Source: Bacteroidia bacterium | GTDB lineage: Bacteria > Bacteroidota > Bacteroidia > M30B66 | Assembly: GCA_965279035.1 (NCBI GenBank) | Contig: OZ257142.1 | Coordinates: 3,360,001-3,424,000, forward strand | DNA: 64,000 nt | Reading direction: 5' to 3' | In this document: positions 46,269-55,772 of the stretch, one piece after another | How positions within the stretch are numbered: the stretch's first letter is position 1 | How the letters are laid out: each line of letters begins with the position of its first letter | Notes under the pieces: generated by a model | What the model saw: the letters and a program-made list of their open reading frames with translations, nothing else | What the model was told of the DNA's origin: nothing | Databases searched by the model: none | Program-made: the position numbers and the translations under genes

Positions 46269-48170
46269 TTAACGGTGATGCCCTTGACAAGTACAATTCA
46301 TTCCAATACCACCATAAGAAAAAGGCAACCCTCTTTCAATCCATTTCCCAACCTTCTCATTATCTTTATATTCTCCCAATGTTGTAATCTTTCCGCTTCT
46401 ATCTCGCACTTCATAACTTCCTTGTTTTATCCCACGACTATCGGTATGCCACTTTATCAAATTATTTCCCTCCCAAGACTCAAATTCATTAAGAATATTT
46501 GCTTCTGCATTATTACTTTTTGATTTTGCAATAGAACAAAGCTCCTTCAACATTTCATAACATTTCTGTGCTTGTTCTTTTCTAACAACAATACTAAATC
46601 CTTTTCTTGTCCCCATTTTATAATAATTTATACATCTACATGTTGCTTCATCAATATCAATATCAAAAGGGTCTTGTTTACTATCAAAATCAAAGCCTGA
46701 TGAAGACCTCGCCCAAAAATATTTGGGTTCAAAACCAGTCGCAAAGTCCATACATATGCATGAATATTGGAAAGTCAAATCGTTAATATTAATGTCAGTT
46801 AAATGCCCCCATTGTATATCAGTTGTTTTAAATACATTAATATCATTTTCGCTATAAAATATTTCTTTTACTTTGGCTGCATAACCTCTAGGTGAGAATG
46901 ATGCAGATAATTGATATGCATTACGAGTAGATACTAATTTTTGATTGCATTCCTTAACACACTTGTCTATAAAACTATAATTATCCCTTTCTTTCTGTGA
47001 AATATTTTCATAAGGAATGGATTTGATTTCCAAATCAACGGTTTTTTTATTTAATGACCCAACACTTTGAAATGCGGTTAACTGTTTGTCTATAATTATA
47101 AAGTCATTGCTTATCTCAAATTCCCACAGTCCACAACCTCTCTTTTGAGGGAGCTTGCAAAGATTTGAAACTTGAAATCTTGATTTATGCAAAGTATCAA
47201 TGTAATAATAGATATCACCATCTTCAAATATATTTTCTGATAAATTAATTGTTTTCTTTTTAGTTAATAAATATAATGTATCCTTATAAATATAAGTATT
47301 TCTAATGCCATTTAAAGGGATTTCTTTCTTAGTGTCTAGGTCATATATAAATTGACTCCCATCAATATTATTTGAATAGATGTTAACATAAAGTTTGTTT
47401 TGAAAGCATGATAATTCTTTAATTGTACCCATACTTGCTAACCCAGCTTTATCTATATTTTTTTTATTCAAGCCAATGAAATCAAGCTTATACCAATTTT
47501 TACCCTTGTCTGAACTAGAATAAATATTCTCCATAGTAGCAATGAAGAATTCATCTCCCTTTGAGCAAATTTTAAAATCTTGCTCAATAATTGGAATAGT
47601 CACTTTAGTCCATTCATTGCAATCTTCTGATATGTATAAGCAATTTTCATAATATGAACTAAATACAAAAAGATTTTCAGAAACCACAGCTTGAAATAAC
47701 CCCGCATTAATATTTTCATCAAATCCTATTTCACTTTCATTTATTGAAATAGATTTGTTAATACTAATCCTATTAAATGTTCTTCCAAAATCCTCACTTA
47801 TAAAGAACTTTCCAAGTGTAAAAAATATCAAATTATTCCCTTTTACAAATATTTGTTTCGGCATAATTTCTCTTCTCACCCCATCATTGGGGGCTATTTG
47901 ATACTTTATATCCGAGAAATCCCAACTCCTCCCTTTGTCGTAAGAATAAAAACAATATCCGTCATCAAAACTTCTTGAAAAGCCTAATATTGAATCTCCC
48001 TTACTTACTAATATTTCAAATGTTATTTTTGTTGTTTTAGAGCCTGAATCAGGTGTTTTTCCAATAAATTCTATGGCTTCATTTTGTGAAAAACAATTAC
48101 CCGTATTTATTAGAATCAAAAAAAGAAAAAAAGAAGTCTTAAATAGAAATTTACAAATAAAATTAATCAT
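46269..48170 (-). CDS. Secreted BNR/Asp-box beta-propeller protein with MORN-like C-terminus (island cargo)
   Basis: Signal peptide; SYDKGRSW, SEDFGRTF, SEDCNEW, SSDKGKNW; KQGSYEV...GEYKDNEKVGKW. Confidence 0.65.
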   Translation of the reverse strand: MINFICKFLFKTSFFLFLILINTGNCFSQNEAIEFIGKTPDSGSKTTKITFEILVSKGDSILGFSRSFDDGYCFYSYDKGRSWDFSDIKYQIAPNDGVRREIMPKQIFVKGNNLIFFTLGKFFISEDFGRTFNRISINKSISINESEIGFDENINAGLFQAVVSENLFVFSSYYENCLYISEDCNEWTKVTIPIIEQDFKICSKGDEFFIATMENIYSSSDKGKNWYKLDFIGLNKKNIDKAGLASMGTIKELSCFQNKLYVNIYSNNIDGSQFIYDLDTKKEIPLNGIRNTYIYKDTLYLLTKKKTINLSENIFEDGDIYYYIDTLHKSRFQVSNLCKLPQKRGCGLWEFEISNDFIIIDKQLTAFQSVGSLNKKTVDLEIKSIPYENISQKERDNYSFIDKCVKECNQKLVSTRNAYQLSASFSPRGYAAKVKEIFYSENDINVFKTTDIQWGHLTDININDLTFQYSCICMDFATGFEPKYFWARSSSGFDFDSKQDPFDIDIDEATCRCINYYKMGTRKGFSIVVRKEQAQKCYEMLKELCSIAKSKSNNAEANILNEFESWEGNNLIKWHTDSRGIKQGSYEVRDRSGKITTLGEYKDNEKVGKWIERGLPFSYGGIGMNCTCQGHHR

Positions 48171-48225
48171 GTTGTGAGATTAGATTTTGAATTAACACTT
48201 TAAAAAGTTCGGCATTAGTGGTGAA

Positions 48226-48747
48226 TCAATATTCAATGTGTCCTTTACCATCACAAGTTATACATTTTCTTCCTTCTTTTTCAACGGTATTAGGTTTCAG
48301 TATATTTTCAATCCCAGTTCCGTTACACTTTGAGCATTCGTCTCCTGGAACTCGTCCTTTATTATTTGTATCATCAATATACGAATTCATTTTATTTGTA
48401 TGTCTAAGCCCGCAACTAGGACTACATATAAAGCATTGATATGGGTCTTCGCATAATTTCCATAATCCGTTTGAAACTTCCTTATAACCTTTACCAATGA
48501 ATTCTTTTCCACAAATTGTGCACGTTTCCTTTGATATTTTGTCCCTATTTATTCTTGAGACTGTTCCATAACTATTAGGTTCTGATTTTGTTTCATTTAT
48601 TTTTACTTCTTTGTTGCTTTTCGGAATAATAATTAATGCGATGCTCAAAGTGAAAATTGAAATTCCAATAATAGCAGTTATAATTTTCTTAGCTTTTTTC
48701 TGCTTTATTCGAATTTGACCTTTTGTTAATATATCATTCTGATTCAT
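48226..48747 (-). CDS. Single-TM Cys-rich protein with DnaJ-type CxxCxGxG pair (island cargo)
   Basis: Basic N-terminus, TM, CTIC...CFICSPSC, CSKCNGTG, CITCDGKG. Confidence 0.7.
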   Translation of the reverse strand: MNQNDILTKGQIRIKQKKAKKIITAIIGISIFTLSIALIIIPKSNKEVKINETKSEPNSYGTVSRINRDKISKETCTICGKEFIGKGYKEVSNGLWKLCEDPYQCFICSPSCGLRHTNKMNSYIDDTNNKGRVPGDECSKCNGTGIENILKPNTVEKEGRKCITCDGKGHIEY

Positions 48748-48770
48748 CTTATAAATTATATTTTACTAGA

Positions 48771-49229
48771 TTAATTAAAACCACCAGTTATTCCTAACAA
48801 CTTTTTGAATTTGGCAACTTCTGATTCTGATAAGTATCGCTTACGTGGTGATTCAACTCGCACCTTAATTGTTTTTTGGTCTCTCAGATGCTTGTTCAGA
48901 TTCTGAACGGTCATTTTTAGCTGTTTTGCTACCTCAACTATGGTGAACTCCTTTTCGTTTGGATTCACTTTAACAATCCGTTCAGCTTCTATGGAATGAA
49001 TGTGCTCATTATGGTATTGGCGAAATGCACTTTTCAACTTCCATTGAAGTAATTCTGCTTTCTTGTCAAATTCGAATCTAATTTTAGGAAGTGGCTTACC
49101 TTCATTTGCTTTCAACACTGAATTGTAAAATGTTTTCATTGCTGATGCTAATGCCTTATCAACTGTATTATCGTCTATCTCCAGTTGAGCAAAAATCTCC
49201 AGTAGGTTGTTCGCTTGCTGCCTATCCAT
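48771..49229 (-). CDS. HTH DNA-binding protein, probable excisionase/regulator
   Basis: FTIVEVAKQLKMTVQNLNKHLR...RKRYLSESEV; overlaps the integrase stop. Confidence 0.65.
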   Translation of the reverse strand: MDRQQANNLLEIFAQLEIDDNTVDKALASAMKTFYNSVLKANEGKPLPKIRFEFDKKAELLQWKLKSAFRQYHNEHIHSIEAERIVKVNPNEKEFTIVEVAKQLKMTVQNLNKHLRDQKTIKVRVESPRKRYLSESEVAKFKKLLGITGGFN

Positions 49230-50484
49230 TTGTTAAATCATTGAATACCTTAATGTTCTCAGAAATCAACTCGTAATTAGGGTTTATATATTCTTGCAAA
49301 GTACTTAATTTCTTATGTCCTGTCATTTTCATGATAGCGTTAAGATTAACGTTGTTATTTACCAAATTGGTGATGAATGTTCGCCTACCCGTGTGGAATG
49401 TTATCAGTTGATACTTTGGAGCATCTTCGTTATCAGCACCATAAACATAATATTCGTTGAATTCATCTAACGTACTCAATGCTTCGTGAATGTACTTGTT
49501 CGTATTCACCTCTGAATACAGACGAAGATTGTAATCATACTTCACAAGTATCTGTTCTGCAAATTGGCTTAACGGTATTTCTACATCTGCTTTCGTCTTT
49601 TTCGTCACAAGCTCCAAAAATCTTCGACCACTTTTTGTCTTCACCATTGATTTTTTCACACTTCTAACATCACTAATTCGAAGTCCTGTATGACAAGCAA
49701 ACAGAAACAGGTCGATTGCTTTCTGATGTGTTTCCTTACTGAATGTTGTCTGGTGTATCAGTTTCATTTCAGCTAGTGTTAAAGCATAGTGGTCATTGCC
49801 CACTACTCGAATACCATATGAATTCAGAACATTAAAATTTGTCAAATGACCATTCAACACCAGCCATTTGCCAAATCCCTTTAAACAGCTGAATCTTTTG
49901 TGGCGTGTTTTCGAACTTTGCTTCTTCGTTAAAAAGATATAGTTTACTATTCGTGGACGGTCATTCGCAAGAAACTGGTTAAAACGTTCCAACCATTCAT
50001 TCGAGTTGATTGCATTCAATGGTATTGAACCAGTCACTTTCTGGTAATCCATCAATGCGTTATAGGTTGACTTATAATCTTTCAATGATTGTATCGACCT
50101 ATCTGGATTCTTGAAGAACAATGCTTTCTCGGTCAAAAACTGCTGGTAGTATTCTGTAAGTTCTGCATCCGACTTCAATCGAATAGAATCAGAATTAAGT
50201 TGAAGCTGTTTCTTCACATAAGCACCATCGGGTTTTATTCGGTGCTCATACATATATGTATCTATGATGTGCTCAATATCCGAATGAACTCTGGCAATTA
50301 TCCTATTCTTACGTTCGTGGTCTTCATCTGACTGCCTCACCCGTTCGGCTTTCTTATCAAAATCTTTCGATTTCACATAAACTGTTGTACTTTCCCGCAA
50401 AGTGCTGATGTGCTTATAATAAATCACAACAAGCTTTTCCTTTTGAACATTTTCCCTGTAGAGGGTAACTGAACTATAACCCAT
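49222..50484 (-). CDS. Tyrosine integrase
   Basis: HTGLRISD, TKKT, FHTGRRTF, TGHKK, EYI (R-K-H-R-H-Y intact); ATG 50484 preferred. Confidence 0.94.
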   Translation of the reverse strand: MGYSSVTLYRENVQKEKLVVIYYKHISTLRESTTVYVKSKDFDKKAERVRQSDEDHERKNRIIARVHSDIEHIIDTYMYEHRIKPDGAYVKKQLQLNSDSIRLKSDAELTEYYQQFLTEKALFFKNPDRSIQSLKDYKSTYNALMDYQKVTGSIPLNAINSNEWLERFNQFLANDRPRIVNYIFLTKKQSSKTRHKRFSCLKGFGKWLVLNGHLTNFNVLNSYGIRVVGNDHYALTLAEMKLIHQTTFSKETHQKAIDLFLFACHTGLRISDVRSVKKSMVKTKSGRRFLELVTKKTKADVEIPLSQFAEQILVKYDYNLRLYSEVNTNKYIHEALSTLDEFNEYYVYGADNEDAPKYQLITFHTGRRTFITNLVNNNVNLNAIMKMTGHKKLSTLQEYINPNYELISENIKVFNDLTNG

Positions 50485-50672
50485 AATTAAAACTATAACT
50501 GAACACGATTTGAACACGATTTAACGAAAATAGTGAAAATACTGAAACTATTTAGTGAAACCTAAACCAACAAAAACGACCTCAACAATGAATATATTAT
50601 CTGTTAATCAATCACTTACAAATTCAATTGTGAAAACAGTGAAAACTGTATTCGAATCTTGCCATCCCGACG

Positions 50673-50705
50673 AAAGCTCTGTTAGCATGCTAACAGAGCT
50701 TTTTT
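50673..50705 (+). terminator. Displaced native tRNA-Pro terminator after the distal att site
   Basis: Perfect palindrome AAAGCTCTGTTAGCATGCTAACAGAGCTTT followed by T-run. Confidence 0.85.
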
Positions 50706-50915
50706 ATTGGCATAATGTGTCTAATATTAAGATTTAGTTTTAATTATTAATCATCGTATTCAATCAGCAATCAGGTTAAATTGAATCTGAATGAGAGTTG
50801 TTGGAAATTATGAATAAAACTATACAGGTTTCAATCGTGGACTAAGTAAGAAATAGAGCATAGTAAACGTATTATTTCGAAACTAGTTTTCCCTTTTAGG
50901 GTATATTTGTATAGT

Positions 50916-52220
50916 ATGCCATTTATAAAATTTGCTTCCCGTGCTGTTCGCAATTCGGGGAATTTAATGATCGACAAAGCCAATCAGCTTTTTGTTATGC
51001 TGCTGATGGTAATGTTTAGCTATTCGATTATATTCAGCTTGATAGATTATAATCTACAGTATTATCATTCAGCAATTGTTAATTTATGCATGCTTCCTAT
51101 TTCATTACTTTCTTTTTATCTATTAAATAATAAACACACACGAGCTGCAAAATTAATAGCAATATTATTTGCTAATTATGTAATTACATCTCACTGCTTC
51201 ACATATTCTCCAGGTTCATTTGTATGTTCTTTTTATTTTCCAATTATCATGTGTTCCTTGGTTATTCTACCTGGCAAAGACCGTGTAATTGGATATGGAT
51301 TGGCCATTTTTACTTTCCTGTTGCTTAATATCATGTTGTTTGCAGAGTATCCAATCGAGATGCATTCAATTTCTAGAGATGAAATGAAACTTCAGTGGCT
51401 AATGAATTCATTAGGTGCTGCAATTCTAACTCTACTTGTAACCTCTTTTATCCTTCGAGTTAACCAACAAATACAGCTTGAATTAACCAATCAAACCGAA
51501 GAAGCAACTCAAAAAAACGATCATCTTGAATTAAATATCCGAACTAAAAACAGATTATTTTCTATTATTTCTCATGATTTACGAAATCCACTAATCACCA
51601 TCCGTGGAGCATTTGACATGCTTAATAATGATGAAATACCTGAAGATAAGAAAAGGTACTTATTGGTAGAATTAGGTAAACGAGTTGATAATACAATGGT
51701 GTTGATGGATAATCTTCTCATGTGGTCGCGTACTCAATTGGATGGAATTGTTTATCAACCTGAAGTTATTGATCCGAATCATTTGATTAAATCTGTTGTT
51801 CGACAATTAGAGCCTCAAGCGGAAGAAAAAAAGATTCTTATTATTCAACACTGCCCTAAAACACTATTAGTCAATGTTGATAGAAATATGTTTGAATTGA
51901 TTTTTAGAAATCTAATTTCAAATGCAATTAAGTTCACCCATCCCGAAGGGTATATTAAGATTGCTATCGAAAAGGAAGACAATAAAGCAAAAATAACCGT
52001 TTCAGATTCAGGTATAGGAATGACTCCCGAAGTACTTGAAAAGCTTAGGAATAAAGAATTCTTTTCTAACCCAGGAACTAAAAAAGAAAAAGGTACTGGT
52101 TTGGGTCTTGTTTTATGTCAAGAATTTATTGCAAAACATCGAGGTGAATTGATCATTGAATCACAACCTCAATTAGGCACAATCATTACCGTTTTGGTTA
52201 ATGTTTTTGAAGAAGAATAA
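50916..52220 (+). CDS. Multi-TM sensor histidine kinase
   Basis: ~6 TM; IISHDLRNPL, RNLISNAIKFT, DSGIG, GTGLGL; ATG 50916 follows a TATATTTG box. Confidence 0.92.
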   Translation: MPFIKFASRAVRNSGNLMIDKANQLFVMLLMVMFSYSIIFSLIDYNLQYYHSAIVNLCMLPISLLSFYLLNNKHTRAAKLIAILFANYVITSHCFTYSPGSFVCSFYFPIIMCSLVILPGKDRVIGYGLAIFTFLLLNIMLFAEYPIEMHSISRDEMKLQWLMNSLGAAILTLLVTSFILRVNQQIQLELTNQTEEATQKNDHLELNIRTKNRLFSIISHDLRNPLITIRGAFDMLNNDEIPEDKKRYLLVELGKRVDNTMVLMDNLLMWSRTQLDGIVYQPEVIDPNHLIKSVVRQLEPQAEEKKILIIQHCPKTLLVNVDRNMFELIFRNLISNAIKFTHPEGYIKIAIEKEDNKAKITVSDSGIGMTPEVLEKLRNKEFFSNPGTKKEKGTGLGLVLCQEFIAKHRGELIIESQPQLGTIITVLVNVFEEE

Positions 52221-52293
52221 AAATTATCAAACTCTATTTTTACAAAACTATATTTCTAAAATTAAACCAAAAATAAATTAATAAACGAGTAAA

Positions 52294-53598
52294 ATGTTGT
52301 TCCGTCGTATTTCGAATTACTTTGTGAAGAATACCGGAAATCTCATGATTGACAATGCAAATCAGTTGTTTTTCATGTTGATCATTGTCACTTTCTTTTA
52401 TTCAATCATTTTTGGAATAATTGGTTTTCATCTGAATTATACCAATTCAGCTTATGTTAATTTATCTTTATTACCCGGTTCATTGTTAGCATTGTTATTA
52501 TTGAAAAAAGGGATTCCACTTATTGGAAAGATCCTTTTGATAATTCATGCAGACATTATCATTGCATTATCCTGTGTATATTTTTCCCCAGATACTTATT
52601 CAATTTCATTCCTTTTCCCAATATCGATTTGTGCTTTAGTAATTCTTCCCGGAAAAGAAAAAATGATTGGATATGTTTTAGCTTCATTTTCCCTCCTACT
52701 ACTCATTGTGCTTTTGCTTGGAGATTACGATGTTGGACGACCTAATATGCCAATGAACGAATTGAAATTGCAGTGGATTATCAATGCAATTGGTGCTGTA
52801 ACACTCACATTTCTAGTTACTCAATTCATTTTAAATGTGAACAATCAAATTCAATATGGACTCACGAAAAAAACAGAAAAAGAAGTACTAAAAAACCAAG
52901 AATTGAATTTAAATATTGATACTAAAAATCGATTATTTTCTATCATTTCTCACGACTTACGAAATCCGCTAGTTACAATTCGTGGAGCATTTGATATGCT
53001 TAATAGCATTGATGTACCTGATGAAAAAAAGAAGTTTCTAATTGCCGAATTAGGGAAACGAGTTGATAATACAATGGTTTTAATGGATAATCTATTAATG
53101 TGGTCAAGAACACAATTAAATGGTATTGTTTATCAACCCGAAATTATAGATCCTAATTATTCTATAAGATCTGTTGTTCGCCAACTTGAGGGACAAGCGG
53201 AAGAGAAAAAAATCATGATTGTTCAACAATGCCCAGAAACAGTTATGATCAATGCTGATCGAAATATGTTTGAATTAATTTTCAGAAACCTTATTTCTAA
53301 TTCTATCAAATTCACTCAGCCCGAAGGCTATATCAATATATTGATTAAGAAAGAACTAAATAAAGTAAAGATTACCGTTTCTGATTCTGGAATCGGAATG
53401 AGTACAGAGTTAATTGAAAAATTAAGAAATAAAATTTTCATTTCAAACTTAGGAACTCAAAAAGAAAAAGGAACTGGATTAGGCTTAGTTCTATGTCACG
53501 AATTTATTGAGCGAAATAAAGGTGAACTCATTATTGAGTCGCAGCTACTTGCAGGAACGATCATTACCGTTTTGTTTGATTATTTGGAAGTTGAATAA
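52294..53598 (+). CDS. Multi-TM sensor histidine kinase, tandem paralog
   Basis: Same motifs; kinase core nearly identical to the upstream gene. Confidence 0.92.
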   Translation: MLFRRISNYFVKNTGNLMIDNANQLFFMLIIVTFFYSIIFGIIGFHLNYTNSAYVNLSLLPGSLLALLLLKKGIPLIGKILLIIHADIIIALSCVYFSPDTYSISFLFPISICALVILPGKEKMIGYVLASFSLLLLIVLLLGDYDVGRPNMPMNELKLQWIINAIGAVTLTFLVTQFILNVNNQIQYGLTKKTEKEVLKNQELNLNIDTKNRLFSIISHDLRNPLVTIRGAFDMLNSIDVPDEKKKFLIAELGKRVDNTMVLMDNLLMWSRTQLNGIVYQPEIIDPNYSIRSVVRQLEGQAEEKKIMIVQQCPETVMINADRNMFELIFRNLISNSIKFTQPEGYINILIKKELNKVKITVSDSGIGMSTELIEKLRNKIFISNLGTQKEKGTGLGLVLCHEFIERNKGELIIESQLLAGTIITVLFDYLEVE

Positions 53599-53816
53599 TT
53601 ACTTGGTAGTTCGATTTTCAATTGAGAACCAAATTCACATACAGTTTTCAACAAAAACCTCAATTACAAACATGTAAGGAAAATCTATAAATCGAAGCAA
53701 CATTCGGTTTTGATTCGAGTAATACATATTCAAACCATCGTTCTCTAAGCTGTTTAAAAGATTAGGAAACTGGCTTAGAATCGAAAACACAACAAACGAA
53801 CTTTAACAAAAAAAAC

Positions 53817-54629
53817 ATGATTCGGAAACTCTTAGCACCGCTTGCACTGTTTGTATTCTTATCTACACAAATAACCGCTGCAGAAAGTATTGTCCGTATT
53901 GCTCAAACACTTTCACAATCGAAAGCATACGCTGGTGGAACTTTTCTTGTAAAAATTAAAATCGAACGAAGAAGCCTAGATAGTTTCTTTCAAATTGAAC
54001 AAGAACTACCTAAAGGAATGACTGCCATTGGTGTTGAAAGTCAAGGAGCTACTTTCAGTTGTAAAGACGGTAAAGTGAAATACAACTGGCTCCGATTACC
54101 AGCTCAAGAAGAAATTCAAGTCATCTATAAAGTATCTATTCCCTTCGAAATGCGTGGGAAACAATCCATTGAAGGAAGATACTACTACATTCAAAATGAG
54201 GAAAAAGAAGTTTTTACTCTTCCTAAAAATACCATTGAAGTAGTTGAATTCATTGCAGCTAGCGATTCTTTAGCAGAAAAAACACTCTTAGGTGTAATCA
54301 ATAACAACGAAGATAAACCTGCTTACATGGAAGAAGCTAAAATGGATTTGGAATATAAAGTTCAAATTCTGAGCTCTACACGTGCACTTGATCGGGATTC
54401 AATTCGTAAGGAATATGCGATAAAAGACAAATTACAAGAAGAAAACTTCAACGGACTTTACAAATACACGGTTGGTTCTTTCAGTACTTACGAACAAGCA
54501 CGTGACTTCAAAAACAAACTCGATTTCTCTCGCTACATTCCTTTTGTAATAGCTTATAACCGAGGAACCCGCATTACTGTAGGTGAGGCGATGAGCTTAG
54601 CATCTAAGAAGAAAACAATTCAAAAATAA
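53817..54629 (+). CDS. Secreted protein with beta-sandwich N-domain and SPOR-like C-domain
   Basis: Signal peptide; YKVQI...NGLYKYTVGSFSTYEQA...FVIAY..G.RI. Confidence 0.65.
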   Translation: MIRKLLAPLALFVFLSTQITAAESIVRIAQTLSQSKAYAGGTFLVKIKIERRSLDSFFQIEQELPKGMTAIGVESQGATFSCKDGKVKYNWLRLPAQEEIQVIYKVSIPFEMRGKQSIEGRYYYIQNEEKEVFTLPKNTIEVVEFIAASDSLAEKTLLGVINNNEDKPAYMEEAKMDLEYKVQILSSTRALDRDSIRKEYAIKDKLQEENFNGLYKYTVGSFSTYEQARDFKNKLDFSRYIPFVIAYNRGTRITVGEAMSLASKKKTIQK

Positions 54630-54654
54630 TAAACTGTGCTGTGTTAATCCTCCT

Positions 54655-54692
54655 AACGTCCTGTAGTGTAAACTGCAGGACGTTTTTATTTT
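54655..54692 (+). terminator. Intrinsic terminator
   Basis: AACGTCCTGTAGT / ACTGCAGGACGTT stem plus TTTATTTT. Confidence 0.8.
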
Positions 54693-54724
54693 ATCGGGGA
54701 GCTTGAATTTCCGATATTCGTTGC

Positions 54725-55768
54725 ATGAAGCAAACACAGTTTCTGGTTTTAGTTATCGCCCTATTCCTACAGAATTTCATTTCGGCTCAAGTGGATGCTG
54801 TTGGAATCGAATATGAAATTCCTAGTCAAATAGAAGCCGGGACTCCTTTTATTATCACTTTAAAACTTAACCGAGCTTCATTAACAGGTATTGCGCGTAT
54901 TCAACAATCTTGGCCTCGTGGATTTACCTTAAATGAAATGGAGAATGCAGGTGCAATTTTCTCTTTCAGTAAAACACAATTGCAATTTCTTTGGGTAACT
55001 CTTCCTACAGAGAAAATTATCACCTTGAAATATGAAGTTCTTGCAGGAAAAGAATATTCGGGTAAACTTGAGATACCAGGCGTTTTAATCTATTTAGATG
55101 GCTCTCAACGGAAAGAGATTCCATTTCCACCTCTCAAACTCGACATCAAAGGAAAAGGAACTAAATCGTTCGAAAAACCTTTATCTCCAAATCTTAACTC
55201 TTCCGAAATCAACCCTATTAAATCAACTGTTGCTATCAATTCAGGTGCGCAGACAAAAACAACTACACCAATAAAAAAAGAAAATCCTCCTGCTAAAACG
55301 GAGAAAAAGGAAATTCCTAAAGAAGCTGTCAATCCTGCTAAAAAAGAAGTAAAAACAGAAGCTGCACCTAAACCTATCGATCAAAAGAAAAATCCAATTA
55401 AACAGGAAAATAAACCAAAGGATACTGAAGCTAAACCTGCTAAAAAAGAAGAAACACCTACTACTCTAAACACCTCAACATCTACAAGTAAATCTCTTAT
55501 TACATTTAGAATTCAATTGGCAGCGGTTCCTCAAAAAGTCGATAAAGAATCTATCGCTCGCGATTTTAATGTAGATGCAAAGGAGTTGCAAGAAGAAAGT
55601 CATAACGGACTTTTTAAGTATACCTTTGGTGAATTCCCCAGTCTAGTTGAAGCGCGTAAAAAAATGAACACTAATCCCAAAATGAAAGGGAAAGCATTTA
55701 TTACGGGATATCGGAATAATATCCGAATCGACTTAGAAGAAGCTATCCGTTTAAGTAAAGAAAAATAA
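54725..55768 (+). CDS. Paralogous secreted protein with Lys/Glu/Pro linker and SPOR-like C-domain
   Basis: Same N- and C-domains as 53817-54629 (FRIQL...NGLFKYTFGEF...AFITGY). Confidence 0.65.
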   Translation: MKQTQFLVLVIALFLQNFISAQVDAVGIEYEIPSQIEAGTPFIITLKLNRASLTGIARIQQSWPRGFTLNEMENAGAIFSFSKTQLQFLWVTLPTEKIITLKYEVLAGKEYSGKLEIPGVLIYLDGSQRKEIPFPPLKLDIKGKGTKSFEKPLSPNLNSSEINPIKSTVAINSGAQTKTTTPIKKENPPAKTEKKEIPKEAVNPAKKEVKTEAAPKPIDQKKNPIKQENKPKDTEAKPAKKEETPTTLNTSTSTSKSLITFRIQLAAVPQKVDKESIARDFNVDAKELQEESHNGLFKYTFGEFPSLVEARKKMNTNPKMKGKAFITGYRNNIRIDLEEAIRLSKEK

Positions 55769-55772
55769 GCCA

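Larger units (their letters stand above)
43077..50674. mobile_element. Integrative element in tRNA-Pro (7574-bp excisable unit)
   Basis: 24-bp direct repeat TTCGAATCTTGCCATCCCGACGAA at 43077-43100 and 50651-50674; integrase at the distal end; AT-rich cargo. Confidence 0.93.

Noticed and set aside
43101-50674. Prophage or self-transmissible ICE
   Set aside because: No capsid, terminase, tail, lysis or type IV secretion genes in 7.6 kb.
50555-50737. 60-aa + strand ORF
   Set aside because: Spans the att core and terminator palindrome.
50916-53598. Histidine kinase pair as island cargo
   Set aside because: AT-rich, but it lies outside the distal att repeat and beyond the displaced native terminator.
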